NCBI GenBank assembly: GCA_036788275.1
Contig: DAIQNQ010000004.1
Location: 1-46,670, forward strand
DNA: 46,670 bases
DNA from: Thermonemataceae bacterium
GTDB taxonomy: Bacteria > Bacteroidota > Bacteroidia > Cytophagales > Thermonemataceae
Reading direction: 5' to 3'
Of the stretch, positions 35,332 through 43,369 are shown piece by piece; within the stretch, counting starts at the first letter, position 1, and each line of letters opens with the position of its first letter. The notes below the pieces were generated by a model. It was given only the letters and a program-made list of their open reading frames with translations. It had not been told where the DNA came from and ran no database searches. The position numbers and the translations under genes were made by a program.

Positions 35332-35366
35332 AGACCTGTCAGATGTTCTCAAACGCTGACAGGTCT
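35332..35366 (+). terminator. Terminator/attenuator-like hairpin between the adaptor and TolC genes
   Basis: Perfect 11-bp stem AGACCTGTCAG / CTGACAGGTCT with a 13-nt loop, 6 nt after the adaptor stop, followed by TTCCTGTTTCC. Confidence 0.45.
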
Positions 35367-35445
35367 TTCCTGTTTCCTTGCCGAGCTACAATATGTACCC
35401 CTTAGGTGATTTTTACTTGTCTATATTGCATTCTTTTTAATCGCT

Positions 35446-36882
35446 ATGTTAAGAAATTTTATTTTCTGCCTTTTTTTTATCTGTATTTTAGGGCAGCTCA
35501 AAGCCCAAACCAAAGACTCTACCAATATTTTCAGCCTGCGCGACTTCTACGCACAAGTGTTGCTTTATCATCCTATTACCAAGCAAAGCAACCTGATTAC
35601 AGATATTGCAGCCAAAGAGCTGCTGATGACTCGCGGGCAGTTCGACCCCAAAGCCCAAGTAGAATACAATACCAAAGAGCAGGGGCAGAAGTTTTATTAC
35701 AGCTATTGGGACAGCGCCCTCAAGCTGCCCCTCTGGATAGGAGAAATTAAGGCAGGCTACGAACTCAATGAAGGCGAACTCATCAGCTTAGAAAATAAAA
35801 CGCCCGCTCGCGGTTTGCAATATGTGGGTCTTACAGTGCCTTTAGGTCAAAATCTGCTCATTGATGAGCGCCGCGCTACTTTGCGCCAAGCCAAGCTCCT
35901 TCAAGAAATGGCCGAAGCTGACCGTGTGAAGGAACTCAACAAACTCTTTCTCAATGCGACCAAAGCCTATTGGGATTGGTACATGCAGTACAATGAGTAC
36001 CAATATGTGCTGGAGTCTTTCCGACTGGCAGAGCAGCGTTTTACAGCTACCAAAAATTTTGTACAAAATGGAGAATTAGCACCTCTCGACTCGGTAGAGG
36101 CCAAAATCAATTATCAAGAGCGTGAGGTGCTCCTGCGCCAATCGGAGATTGGGCTTCTCAATGCTCGCCTTATCCTCTCTAATTTTTTATGGCGCGACGA
36201 TAGCCTGCCCTTGGAGCTACCCGACAATGCGATTCCACAAGATTTCGACCTGAGCAGCCGCTTCGTAGAGGCTGAGGAGCTGGAGCGTATGCTTACTTTT
36301 GCCCAGCGCAACCACCCCGAAATCATCAAAATTGGTATCAAAGTACAACAACTTGAGGTAGAGCGGCGCTTCCAACAAGACAGGCTCAAGCCGCAAATCA
36401 ACCTTACCTATAACTTTTTGAGGCAGGTAGAAGCCGCCCCCGGAGCACCGGCAGAGCAAATCAATATGGATTTGCTTCGCAACAATTACAAATTTGGGAT
36501 AGAGTTTGTGATGCCCCTATTCTTGCGAAAAGAGCGCGGCAAAAGCCAACAAACCAAGTTCAAACTCCAACAAACCGTATTTGAGCGCAGCAATGTGAGC
36601 CGCGAAATCATTACCAATATCAATACGGTATATAATGAGCTGAAAAACTTGGAGCGCATCATCGTATTGCAGCAAGACATGGTAAACAACTCTCAAGTAT
36701 TACGAGAAGGCGAATACCAGAAGTTTATCAATGGCGAAAGCACTGTATTTATTGTGAATACACGAGAGGTAAAACTTGTAGAAACACAAATCAAATTGGT
36801 GAATCTTCGTGCCAAATACGAAAAAGAAAAAGCCACTTTGCGCTGGGCTGCCGGCGAAAGGCTTTGGGAGTTGCCTGAGTAA
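35446..36882 (+). CDS. TolC-family outer membrane efflux protein
   Basis: Signal peptide MLRNFIFCLFFICILGQLKAQ. Two-fold repeated coiled-coil/beta pattern and a size (478 aa) typical of OEP/TolC proteins. Confidence 0.88.
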   Translation: MLRNFIFCLFFICILGQLKAQTKDSTNIFSLRDFYAQVLLYHPITKQSNLITDIAAKELLMTRGQFDPKAQVEYNTKEQGQKFYYSYWDSALKLPLWIGEIKAGYELNEGELISLENKTPARGLQYVGLTVPLGQNLLIDERRATLRQAKLLQEMAEADRVKELNKLFLNATKAYWDWYMQYNEYQYVLESFRLAEQRFTATKNFVQNGELAPLDSVEAKINYQEREVLLRQSEIGLLNARLILSNFLWRDDSLPLELPDNAIPQDFDLSSRFVEAEELERMLTFAQRNHPEIIKIGIKVQQLEVERRFQQDRLKPQINLTYNFLRQVEAAPGAPAEQINMDLLRNNYKFGIEFVMPLFLRKERGKSQQTKFKLQQTVFERSNVSREIITNINTVYNELKNLERIIVLQQDMVNNSQVLREGEYQKFINGESTVFIVNTREVKLVETQIKLVNLRAKYEKEKATLRWAAGERLWELPE

Positions 36883-36904
36883 GACGAAGTTTTCAGCACA
36901 AAAT

Positions 36905-36938
36905 AAAAGACCGCCTCAGTTTTCTGAAGCGGTCTTTT
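36905..36938. terminator. Bidirectional terminator hairpin between TolC and aconitase
   Basis: Stem AAAAGACCGC / GCGGTCTTTT plus 4 inner pairs. An A-run and a T-run flank it, so it is functional in both orientations. Confidence 0.65.
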
Positions 36939-36965
36939 GTGTATAAGAATGATTGCAAAAGAAAA

Positions 36966-39233
36966 TTACTTCTCGCTGGCGGCAATCAGATTCAGGGCAG
37001 AACCTGCTTTGAACCAAGCGATTTGCTGCTCATTGTAAGTATGATTTACTTTTACCTCATCTTTAGAACCATCAGCGTGTTGGAATACTACCGTAAGCTG
37101 CACACCGGGCGCAAAGTTGGTAAGGCCTACGATAGCAATCGTATCGTCTTCCTGCACCTTGTCGTAGTCGGCAGGATTGGCAAAAGTAAGTGCCAACATT
37201 CCTTGCTTTTTGAGGTTGGTTTCGTGGATACGCGCAAAAGATTTTACCAAGATAGCTCTCACACCTAAGTGGCGAGGCTCCATGGCAGCGTGCTCACGAG
37301 AAGAGCCTTCGCCGTAGTTTTCGTCGCCTACCACTATCGAACCAATACCTGCTGCCTTGTAAGCACGCTGTACCACAGGTACTTCGCCAAAGCTGCCATC
37401 AAGCTGGTTTTTCACCTTGTTGGTAGCACCGCCAAAGGCATTGGTAGCACCGATGAGCAAGTTGTTGGAGATATTGTCCAGGTGGCCACGGTATTTGAGC
37501 CAAGGCCCTGCCATCGAGATATGGTCGGTAGTACACTTGCCTTTGGCCTTGATAAGGAGCTTCAGGCCTTGGAGGTCGGTGCCTTCCCAAGCCTTGAAAG
37601 GCTCAAGCAACTGCAAGCGGTCGGAAGCAGGGCTTACAATTACGTTTACCTTCGAGCCGTCTTCGGCAGGAGCGGTATAGCCTGCATCTTCTACTTCAAA
37701 GCCTTTGGTGGGCAGTTCAATGCCTTTAGGCTCGTCGAGCTTCACTTGCTCACCTTGCTCGTTGGTGAGGGTATCGGTAAGCGGGTTGAAGGTCAAGTCG
37801 CCTGCAATGGCAAGGGCAGTTACGATTTCGGGCGAGGCCACGAAAGCGTGCGTAGAAGCAAAGCCGTCGTTGCGCTTGGCAAAATTGCGGTTGAAAGAGG
37901 TAATGATAGAGTTTTTGCGCTCAGGGTCGTCAATATGGCGTGCCCATTGCCCGATACAAGGACCACAAGCATTGGCCAATACCACACCACCCATTTGGTC
38001 GAAGATTTCGAGCAAGCCATCTCTCTCGGCAGTAAAGCGCACCAGCTCAGAGCCGGGCGTAATGGTAAACTCTGCTTTGGCTTTGAGCTTTTTGTCCACC
38101 GCCTGCTTGGCCAAAGATGCCGCACGGGTCAAGTCTTCGTAAGAAGAGTTGGTACAAGAGCCTATCAAACCTACTTCGAGCTGTGCAGGCCAGTTGTTTT
38201 CTTTTACTGCTTGGGCAAATTTAGAAAGTGGCCAAGCCAAATCCGGCGTGAAGGGGCCATTTACGTGTGGCTCCAGCTCAGAAAGGTTGATTTCGATTAC
38301 TTGGTCGTAGTATTTTTCGGGCGAAGCATATACTTCCGCATCGGGACGCAAATGTTCTTTTACTTTTTCGGCTTCGGCGGCAATGTCGGCACGGCCTGTA
38401 GCTTCCAAATATTGTTTTATTTTATCATCGTAAGCGAAGATAGAAGTTGTAGCACCAATTTCAGCACCCATGTTACAGATAGTGCCTTTTCCGGTAGCGG
38501 AGAGGGCATCAGCACCTTCGCCGAAGTATTCTACGATGGCATCAGTACCACCTTTTACGGTAAGGATACCGGCCACCTTCAGGATTACGTCTTTGGCAGA
38601 AGTCCAACCACTCATTTTTCCGGTAAGTTTTACACCGATGAGCTTGGGCATTTTCAGTTCCCAAGCCATTCCGGCCATCACGTCCACAGCATCAGCACCC
38701 CCTACGCCAATGGCAATCATGCCAAGGCCTCCTGCATTGGGTGTGTGTGAGTCGGTACCAATCATCATTCCCCCGGGGAAAGCGTAGTTTTCGAGTACTA
38801 CTTGGTGGATAATCCCGGCACCCGGCCCCCAGAAGCCGATTCCGTATTTGTTGGATACAGAGGCGAGGAAGTCATATACTTCTTTGTTTTTATCTACGGC
38901 GGTGGCCAAATCAGCTTTGGCACCTACTTTTGCCTGAATAAGGTGGTCGCAGTGTACGGTAGAAGGCACAGCTACTTGTTTTTTGCCTGCCGACATAAAC
39001 TGGAGGAGCGCCATCTGTGCGGTGGCATCTTGCATAGCTACACGGTCGGGGGCGAAGTCCACATAAGATTTGCCTCTTGTGAATACCTCTTTGGTATCTC
39101 CGTCGAAAAGGTGTGCATACAAGATTTTTTCGGCGAGGGTCAAGGGGCGGCCTAATACCTTGCGAGCAGCTTCTACACGCGTAGCGGTGCGTGCATATAC
39201 CGCTTTAATCATATCTAAATCGAAGAGCGCCAT
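36966..39233 (-). CDS. acnA: Aconitate hydratase (mitochondrial-type, ~755 aa)
   Basis: [21 protein letters not shown] and CGPCIGQW Fe-S ligand motifs. Start set at ATG 39233 ([13 protein letters not shown]). Confidence 0.96.
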   Translation of the reverse strand: MALFDLDMIKAVYARTATRVEAARKVLGRPLTLAEKILYAHLFDGDTKEVFTRGKSYVDFAPDRVAMQDATAQMALLQFMSAGKKQVAVPSTVHCDHLIQAKVGAKADLATAVDKNKEVYDFLASVSNKYGIGFWGPGAGIIHQVVLENYAFPGGMMIGTDSHTPNAGGLGMIAIGVGGADAVDVMAGMAWELKMPKLIGVKLTGKMSGWTSAKDVILKVAGILTVKGGTDAIVEYFGEGADALSATGKGTICNMGAEIGATTSIFAYDDKIKQYLEATGRADIAAEAEKVKEHLRPDAEVYASPEKYYDQVIEINLSELEPHVNGPFTPDLAWPLSKFAQAVKENNWPAQLEVGLIGSCTNSSYEDLTRAASLAKQAVDKKLKAKAEFTITPGSELVRFTAERDGLLEIFDQMGGVVLANACGPCIGQWARHIDDPERKNSIITSFNRNFAKRNDGFASTHAFVASPEIVTALAIAGDLTFNPLTDTLTNEQGEQVKLDEPKGIELPTKGFEVEDAGYTAPAEDGSKVNVIVSPASDRLQLLEPFKAWEGTDLQGLKLLIKAKGKCTTDHISMAGPWLKYRGHLDNISNNLLIGATNAFGGATNKVKNQLDGSFGEVPVVQRAYKAAGIGSIVVGDENYGEGSSREHAAMEPRHLGVRAILVKSFARIHETNLKKQGMLALTFANPADYDKVQEDDTIAIVGLTNFAPGVQLTVVFQHADGSKDEVKVNHTYNEQQIAWFKAGSALNLIAASEK

Positions 39234-39280
39234 ATTTATATTGCTTAATTTTAGTTGTTGGAAGAAAGTGAATATCAAAA

Positions 39281-39288
39281 CAAAATTA
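39281..39288 (-). promoter_or_regulatory. Bacteroidota -7 promoter box TAATTTTG for aconitase
   Basis: Matches TAnnTTTG on the minus strand, 48 nt upstream of ATG 39233. Confidence 0.35.
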
Positions 39289-39339
39289 CAAAAACTTCTT
39301 TATAATAAAATCCCCATTTTTATTTAGAAAAGTTCTAAA

Positions 39340-40047
39340 TTATTGGATATTTTCAATACAATCTCCTCGCAGAGCGGGCAGAACTGCATATTCATTGTGT
39401 TGTAAGCAAAAGGCGATGTCGGCCTCAATGCCCAATTTCTGCAAACGCTGCACGTGTGAGCCTTGCTGCACGGTATCGAGCAGCTTGGGGGCTGCCTCTT
39501 GATAGAGGCGGGCGCTCATCAGGGCGGCATCATCTTGTACTTGGTAAACAGGCTGCAGGGCAGCTACCAGCGCTCCGGCAAAGAGGCTGTCTTCGAGGGA
39601 GGGGCGGTTTTTCCAAGCCGAGCAAAGCACCAGCACATCGCGCTGCTGTGCCAAAAGGTAGTCGGCAATGCTTTGGAGATTCAGAAAAGCGCCTATCAAT
39701 ACTTCGGCGGCTTCGGTAGCGCTGTTGATGGCTTGTGTGCCATTGGTGGTACTTACCACGATTTCTTTGCCTTGGAGGGCGGGATTTTGATAGCTGAAAG
39801 GGGAGTTGTCTAAGTCAAATCCGGCTACTTTTTGACCGTCGCGCTCGGCAGCTGCCAAAAGCCCTTTGGCTTGCCAAGCCCTACATTCTTCTACATCACG
39901 TACCGGACGGATACGGGCTACGCCGTGGGCAAGCGCCGTAACCATACAAGAGGTAGCACGGAGGATGTCGGTTACAACTACGATTTTGTCGGGAAGTGTG
40001 TGCAGCGATACCAGCGCCGGAGAAAGGCATACTTCTATGAGGGGCAT
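39340..40047 (-). CDS. comB: 2-phosphosulfolactate phosphatase (ComB) family protein
   Basis: KIVVVTDILRATSCMVTALAHGV matches the ComB-family N-terminal pattern. Start set at ATG 40047 (MPLIEVCLSP). Confidence 0.8.
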   Translation of the reverse strand: MPLIEVCLSPALVSLHTLPDKIVVVTDILRATSCMVTALAHGVARIRPVRDVEECRAWQAKGLLAAAERDGQKVAGFDLDNSPFSYQNPALQGKEIVVSTTNGTQAINSATEAAEVLIGAFLNLQSIADYLLAQQRDVLVLCSAWKNRPSLEDSLFAGALVAALQPVYQVQDDAALMSARLYQEAAPKLLDTVQQGSHVQRLQKLGIEADIAFCLQHNEYAVLPALRGDCIENIQ

Positions 40048-40108
40048 ATAGATTTTTGGCCGCAATTTAGGAAAAAAACTTAGCTTTACACGGAAATATA
40101 CTTTTGTG

Positions 40109-40897
40109 ATGGTAAGAGCAAAAAAACATTTAGGACAACATTTTCTCAATGATGAGCAAATAGCCAAGGACATTGTAGGTCTGCTTTCGGGCGAGGGCTA
40201 CGAGCAGATTTTGGAGATAGGCCCCGGAACGGGTGTGCTGACGCAGTTTTTGGTACAAAAAACCGATAAGTCGCTTTCGCTGATAGATATAGACCACGAA
40301 TCTATATTGTTTTTGCAAGAAGATTACCCCGAACTTAATGCCGCCGGAAAAATTATCGAAGGCGATTTTCTGCAAATGTCTTGGGAGGCGCTCTTCGGGC
40401 AAGCGCCCGTGGCTATCATCGGAAACTTCCCCTATAATATCTCTTCGCAGATTTTCTTCAAGGTACTCGAATCTTATCAGCACATTCCCGAAGTGGTGTG
40501 TATGTTGCAAAAAGAAGTGGCAGAGCGCATTGCCTCTGCACCGGGCAACAAAGACTACGGGATTTTGAGTGTATTGCTGCAAGCGTATTACGATATTCGC
40601 TATGCTTTTACCGTAGAGCCGGAGGTGTTTATTCCGCCGCCCAAGGTGCGTTCAGGCGTGATTATCTTGCAGCGCAATGCTACAAAAGTACTCGATTGTG
40701 ATGAAAAACTTTTCAAGCAAGTGGTGAAGCAGGGCTTCAACCAACGCCGCAAAACCCTGCGCAATGCTCTCAAAGGCTTGCAGGGCATAGAAAAACTCCA
40801 AGCAGAGCCGCTGTTGGAGCTGCGTGCCGAGCGCCTTGCGGTGGCCGATTATGTATATCTGACGCAGCGTATCAGCAAGGTGAGGCAAGAAAAGTAG
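40109..40897 (+). CDS. rsmA: 16S rRNA (adenine1518/1519-N6)-dimethyltransferase RsmA/KsgA
   Basis: KKHLGQHFLND and EIGPGTGVLT motifs. Confidence 0.95.
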   Translation: MVRAKKHLGQHFLNDEQIAKDIVGLLSGEGYEQILEIGPGTGVLTQFLVQKTDKSLSLIDIDHESILFLQEDYPELNAAGKIIEGDFLQMSWEALFGQAPVAIIGNFPYNISSQIFFKVLESYQHIPEVVCMLQKEVAERIASAPGNKDYGILSVLLQAYYDIRYAFTVEPEVFIPPPKVRSGVIILQRNATKVLDCDEKLFKQVVKQGFNQRRKTLRNALKGLQGIEKLQAEPLLELRAERLAVADYVYLTQRISKVRQEK

Positions 40898-40948
40898 AAA
40901 AAGCAAAAGTTTGTCAATTCCTTGGTCTCCAAGCAGCAATTAAGCTTC

Positions 40949-40964
40949 AATCTTTGCAAAGATT
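40949..40964. promoter_or_regulatory. Perfect 16-bp palindrome AATCTTTGCAAAGATT; candidate operator overlapping the -33 region of the patatin gene promoter
   Basis: All 8 position pairs are complementary. It lies 4 nt upstream of the -7 box at 40969-40976. Confidence 0.3.
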
Positions 40965-40968
40965 CTTG

Positions 40969-40976
40969 TATCTTTG
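40969..40976 (+). promoter_or_regulatory. Bacteroidota -7 promoter box TATCTTTG
   Basis: Exact TAnnTTTG 31 nt upstream of ATG 41007. Confidence 0.4.
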
Positions 40977-41006
40977 TAGGCGTAGTCCTTATTTCAAGCA
41001 TTGCCT

Positions 41007-42026
41007 ATGAAGCCCAAAAAGTTAGACTTAGCCCTCCAAGGAGGCGGCTCTCATGGAGCCTTTACCTGGGGCGTACTCGAAAGACTCCTCGAAGATGACC
41101 GTATTTATATTGATGGCCTTTGTGGTACCAGCGCCGGCGCGATGAATGCCGTAGTGGTGGCACACGGGATGCAGCTCAATGGCCGCCAAGGAGCCATAGA
41201 CCTTTTGCACAAGTTTTGGAAGCAGATTTCGCGGCAGCAGATGTTCTCGCTGCTACAGCCCAGCCCTGTGGACAAGCTCTTGGGTGGGCAAGGCTACTTG
41301 GACTATTCCCCCGCCTACCAGATGCTCGACATCTACACGATGCTCTTCTCGCCCTACCAGTTTAATCCGCTCAATTATAATCCGCTCCGTGATATTCTGC
41401 TGGATTTGGTGGACTTTGAGCAGCTCCGTTCTTGCAAAGAAACCAAGCTCTTTGTATGTGCTACCAATGTGCGTACTTCCAGAGCGCGCGTTTTCAAGAA
41501 TAATGAGATTTCGGTAGATGCCCTGATGGCCTCTGCTTGCTTGCCTTTCTTGTTTAGGGCGGTAGAGATAGAGGGCGAGGCTTATTGGGACGGTGGCTAT
41601 ATGGGCAATCCGCCTATTTTCCCGCTGATTGACGATGCGGCTGTTTCTGATATTCTGATTGTGCAAATCAACCCTATCAAAATCAAAGACATTCCTCGCA
41701 CCGCCGATGAGATACGCGACCGTATCAATACCATCAGCTTCAACACCAGCTTGATGCATGAAATGCGTCGCGTAAATTTGGTACAACGTCTTTTAGAGCT
41801 GGGCTTGAGTTTTGGCGATGCCCGCGCCCGCAAGCTGAATATCCACCATATCAATCCTGAGGACATGATGGCCAATATGAGTGTATCGAGCAAGCTGAAT
41901 GCGGATTGGTCTTTTTTGCTCAAGCTGCGTGGCTATGGGCGCGAAGCCGCCGAGGAGTGGCTCGAAGCACATTTTGACCGCATTGGTGTAGAGTCCACCT
42001 GCAATATGCGAGAAGTATTTTTGTAG
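41007..42026 (+). CDS. Patatin-like phospholipase family protein
   Basis: GGGSHGAF (GGGxxG), GTSAGA (GxSxG nucleophile) and WDGGY (catalytic Asp) motifs. 339 aa. Confidence 0.9.
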   Translation: MKPKKLDLALQGGGSHGAFTWGVLERLLEDDRIYIDGLCGTSAGAMNAVVVAHGMQLNGRQGAIDLLHKFWKQISRQQMFSLLQPSPVDKLLGGQGYLDYSPAYQMLDIYTMLFSPYQFNPLNYNPLRDILLDLVDFEQLRSCKETKLFVCATNVRTSRARVFKNNEISVDALMASACLPFLFRAVEIEGEAYWDGGYMGNPPIFPLIDDAAVSDILIVQINPIKIKDIPRTADEIRDRINTISFNTSLMHEMRRVNLVQRLLELGLSFGDARARKLNIHHINPEDMMANMSVSSKLNADWSFLLKLRGYGREAAEEWLEAHFDRIGVESTCNMREVFL

Positions 42027-42122
42027 GGCTGCGCAAGTTTTTGTGGCAGCATATCCAAAAATCGTCTTCGGGTGTAAAATACTTGGTATTTTGCGTGGAG
42101 ATGATTCAAATGAGTACTACAA

Positions 42123-42602
42123 ATGATATATATTCTTTTGGGTAGCAATATCGGCGACAGAGCCGCTTATTTGGCCGAAGCCCGCAAACATCTTCAAGAG
42201 ATACTTCCCATACAGAGAGTTTCGGGCATTTATGAGAGTGCTCCTTGGGGTAATGAAGCGCAAGACAGCTTCTTGAATCAGGTATTGGAGGCAAAACCTA
42301 CGGCACTCAGCCCCGAAGCCTTGCTGGAGGCTTGCCAAGGCATTGAGCTGGCAATGGGGCGAGAAAGAAAGACTTTTTGGGGGGCACGGAACATAGATAT
42401 AGACCTGCTCTACATGGGGCAGCTCCAATACCAAAGTCCTACACTGCAAATTCCACATCCCTACATTGCCCAAAGGCGCTTTACACTACTTCCCTTGTGC
42501 GAACTAATCGCTGATTTTGTACATCCGGTGTTACAAAAAACACAAAGCAGGCTTTTGGAAGAATGCTCGGATACTTTGGCCGTGTGGCGATGGGCAGAGT
42601 AG
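42123..42602 (+). CDS. folK: 2-amino-4-hydroxy-6-hydroxymethyldihydropteridine diphosphokinase
   Basis: MIYILLGSNIGDR, SAPWG, NIDIDLL and IPHP motifs. 159 aa. Confidence 0.93.
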   Translation: MIYILLGSNIGDRAAYLAEARKHLQEILPIQRVSGIYESAPWGNEAQDSFLNQVLEAKPTALSPEALLEACQGIELAMGRERKTFWGARNIDIDLLYMGQLQYQSPTLQIPHPYIAQRRFTLLPLCELIADFVHPVLQKTQSRLLEECSDTLAVWRWAE

Positions 42603-42622
42603 TGGCCAGCGGGTAATATGCG

Positions 42623-43369
42623 CTAAATCGTATCGTTGAGGAGCTTTATCTTGGCGAGTTTCTCCAAGATACGGGGCTTATCGGCCAGCTTGGGCAAATA
42701 CTCCAAATGCGCCATGCGGTGGCAATCAGTACCCACGAAGTCTATAAGCCCTTTTTCTAAGAGCTTGAGTGCGAGCTTTTCGGCAGGAAGGCTGTAATAG
42801 CCCCGCAAGGAGTTGAGGTTTACTTGGAGCAGCAAGCCTTGGTCTTTGAGCTGGAAGAGCCTTTTTTCATTTTCCCAAAAATACTGATAGCGCTCCGGGT
42901 GTGCCAATACAGGCTGATAGCCTAATAGCTGCATTTGCCTGATGGCACTTTCTAAGAAGGGGGGGGCATTGCCAAAGGCAGTCTCGAAGAGCACATAGTT
43001 TTTGCCGAAGGAGAGCAGTTTTTGCTGTTGCTCCAGCTGTGCCCAGAGCCACTCATCCAAATAATATTCTGCGGCAAAAGATAGCTTCACAGAGATTTGG
43101 GCTTCGGCTACGGCTTGTTGCACCCTTTCAAAAGCCGCCAGAATATCGGCAGGTTGGTTTGGGTAGTAATCGCTCATCACGTGGGGCGTGGCGATAAGCT
43201 GTTGATAGCCAATTTTGACCAAATTTTCTATAAGCAGAAGGCTTTCTTGGATATTTCTTGCACCATCATCAATTCCCGGAAGCCAATGGGCATGTACATC
43301 GGTTTGTATAAAGCTTTGAAAAGGTGACTTTTCTTTTGTTAGGAATCGTTTACGCAGTATTTCTATCAT
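42623..43369 (-). CDS. PHP-family protein-tyrosine phosphatase (CpsB/CapC/YwqE type)
   Basis: The DVHAHWLPGIDDG N-terminal metal-binding motif and TPH / AHPERY motifs. The ATG at 43369 overlaps the Wzc stop by 4 nt (ATGA). Confidence 0.88.
   Translation of the reverse strand: MIEILRKRFLTKEKSPFQSFIQTDVHAHWLPGIDDGARNIQESLLLIENLVKIGYQQLIATPHVMSDYYPNQPADILAAFERVQQAVAEAQISVKLSFAAEYYLDEWLWAQLEQQQKLLSFGKNYVLFETAFGNAPPFLESAIRQMQLLGYQPVLAHPERYQYFWENEKRLFQLKDQGLLLQVNLNSLRGYYSLPAEKLALKLLEKGLIDFVGTDCHRMAHLEYLPKLADKPRILEKLAKIKLLNDTI

Noticed and set aside
37269-38750. 493-aa ORF on the plus strand
   Set aside because: It is entirely antisense to the aconitase gene, whose Fe-S motifs make it unambiguous. 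The translation is low-complexity (F/V/G/R-rich) with no motifs. It is a typical shadow ORF.
40099-40106. Exact TAnnTTTG box (TACTTTTG) immediately before rsmA
   Set aside because: Its last base is only 2 nt from the ATG at 40109. A transcript started about 7 nt downstream would therefore lack the start codon, and no alternative downstream start preserves the conserved KKHLGQHFL N-terminus. It is probably a coincidental match.
41007-42026. Patatin-like phospholipase as a CBASS-type (CapV) defence effector
   Set aside because: No CD-NTase/cyclase, E1/E2-like or other CBASS partner is adjacent. The neighbours are rsmA and folK, so it looks like a stand-alone housekeeping-type patatin.
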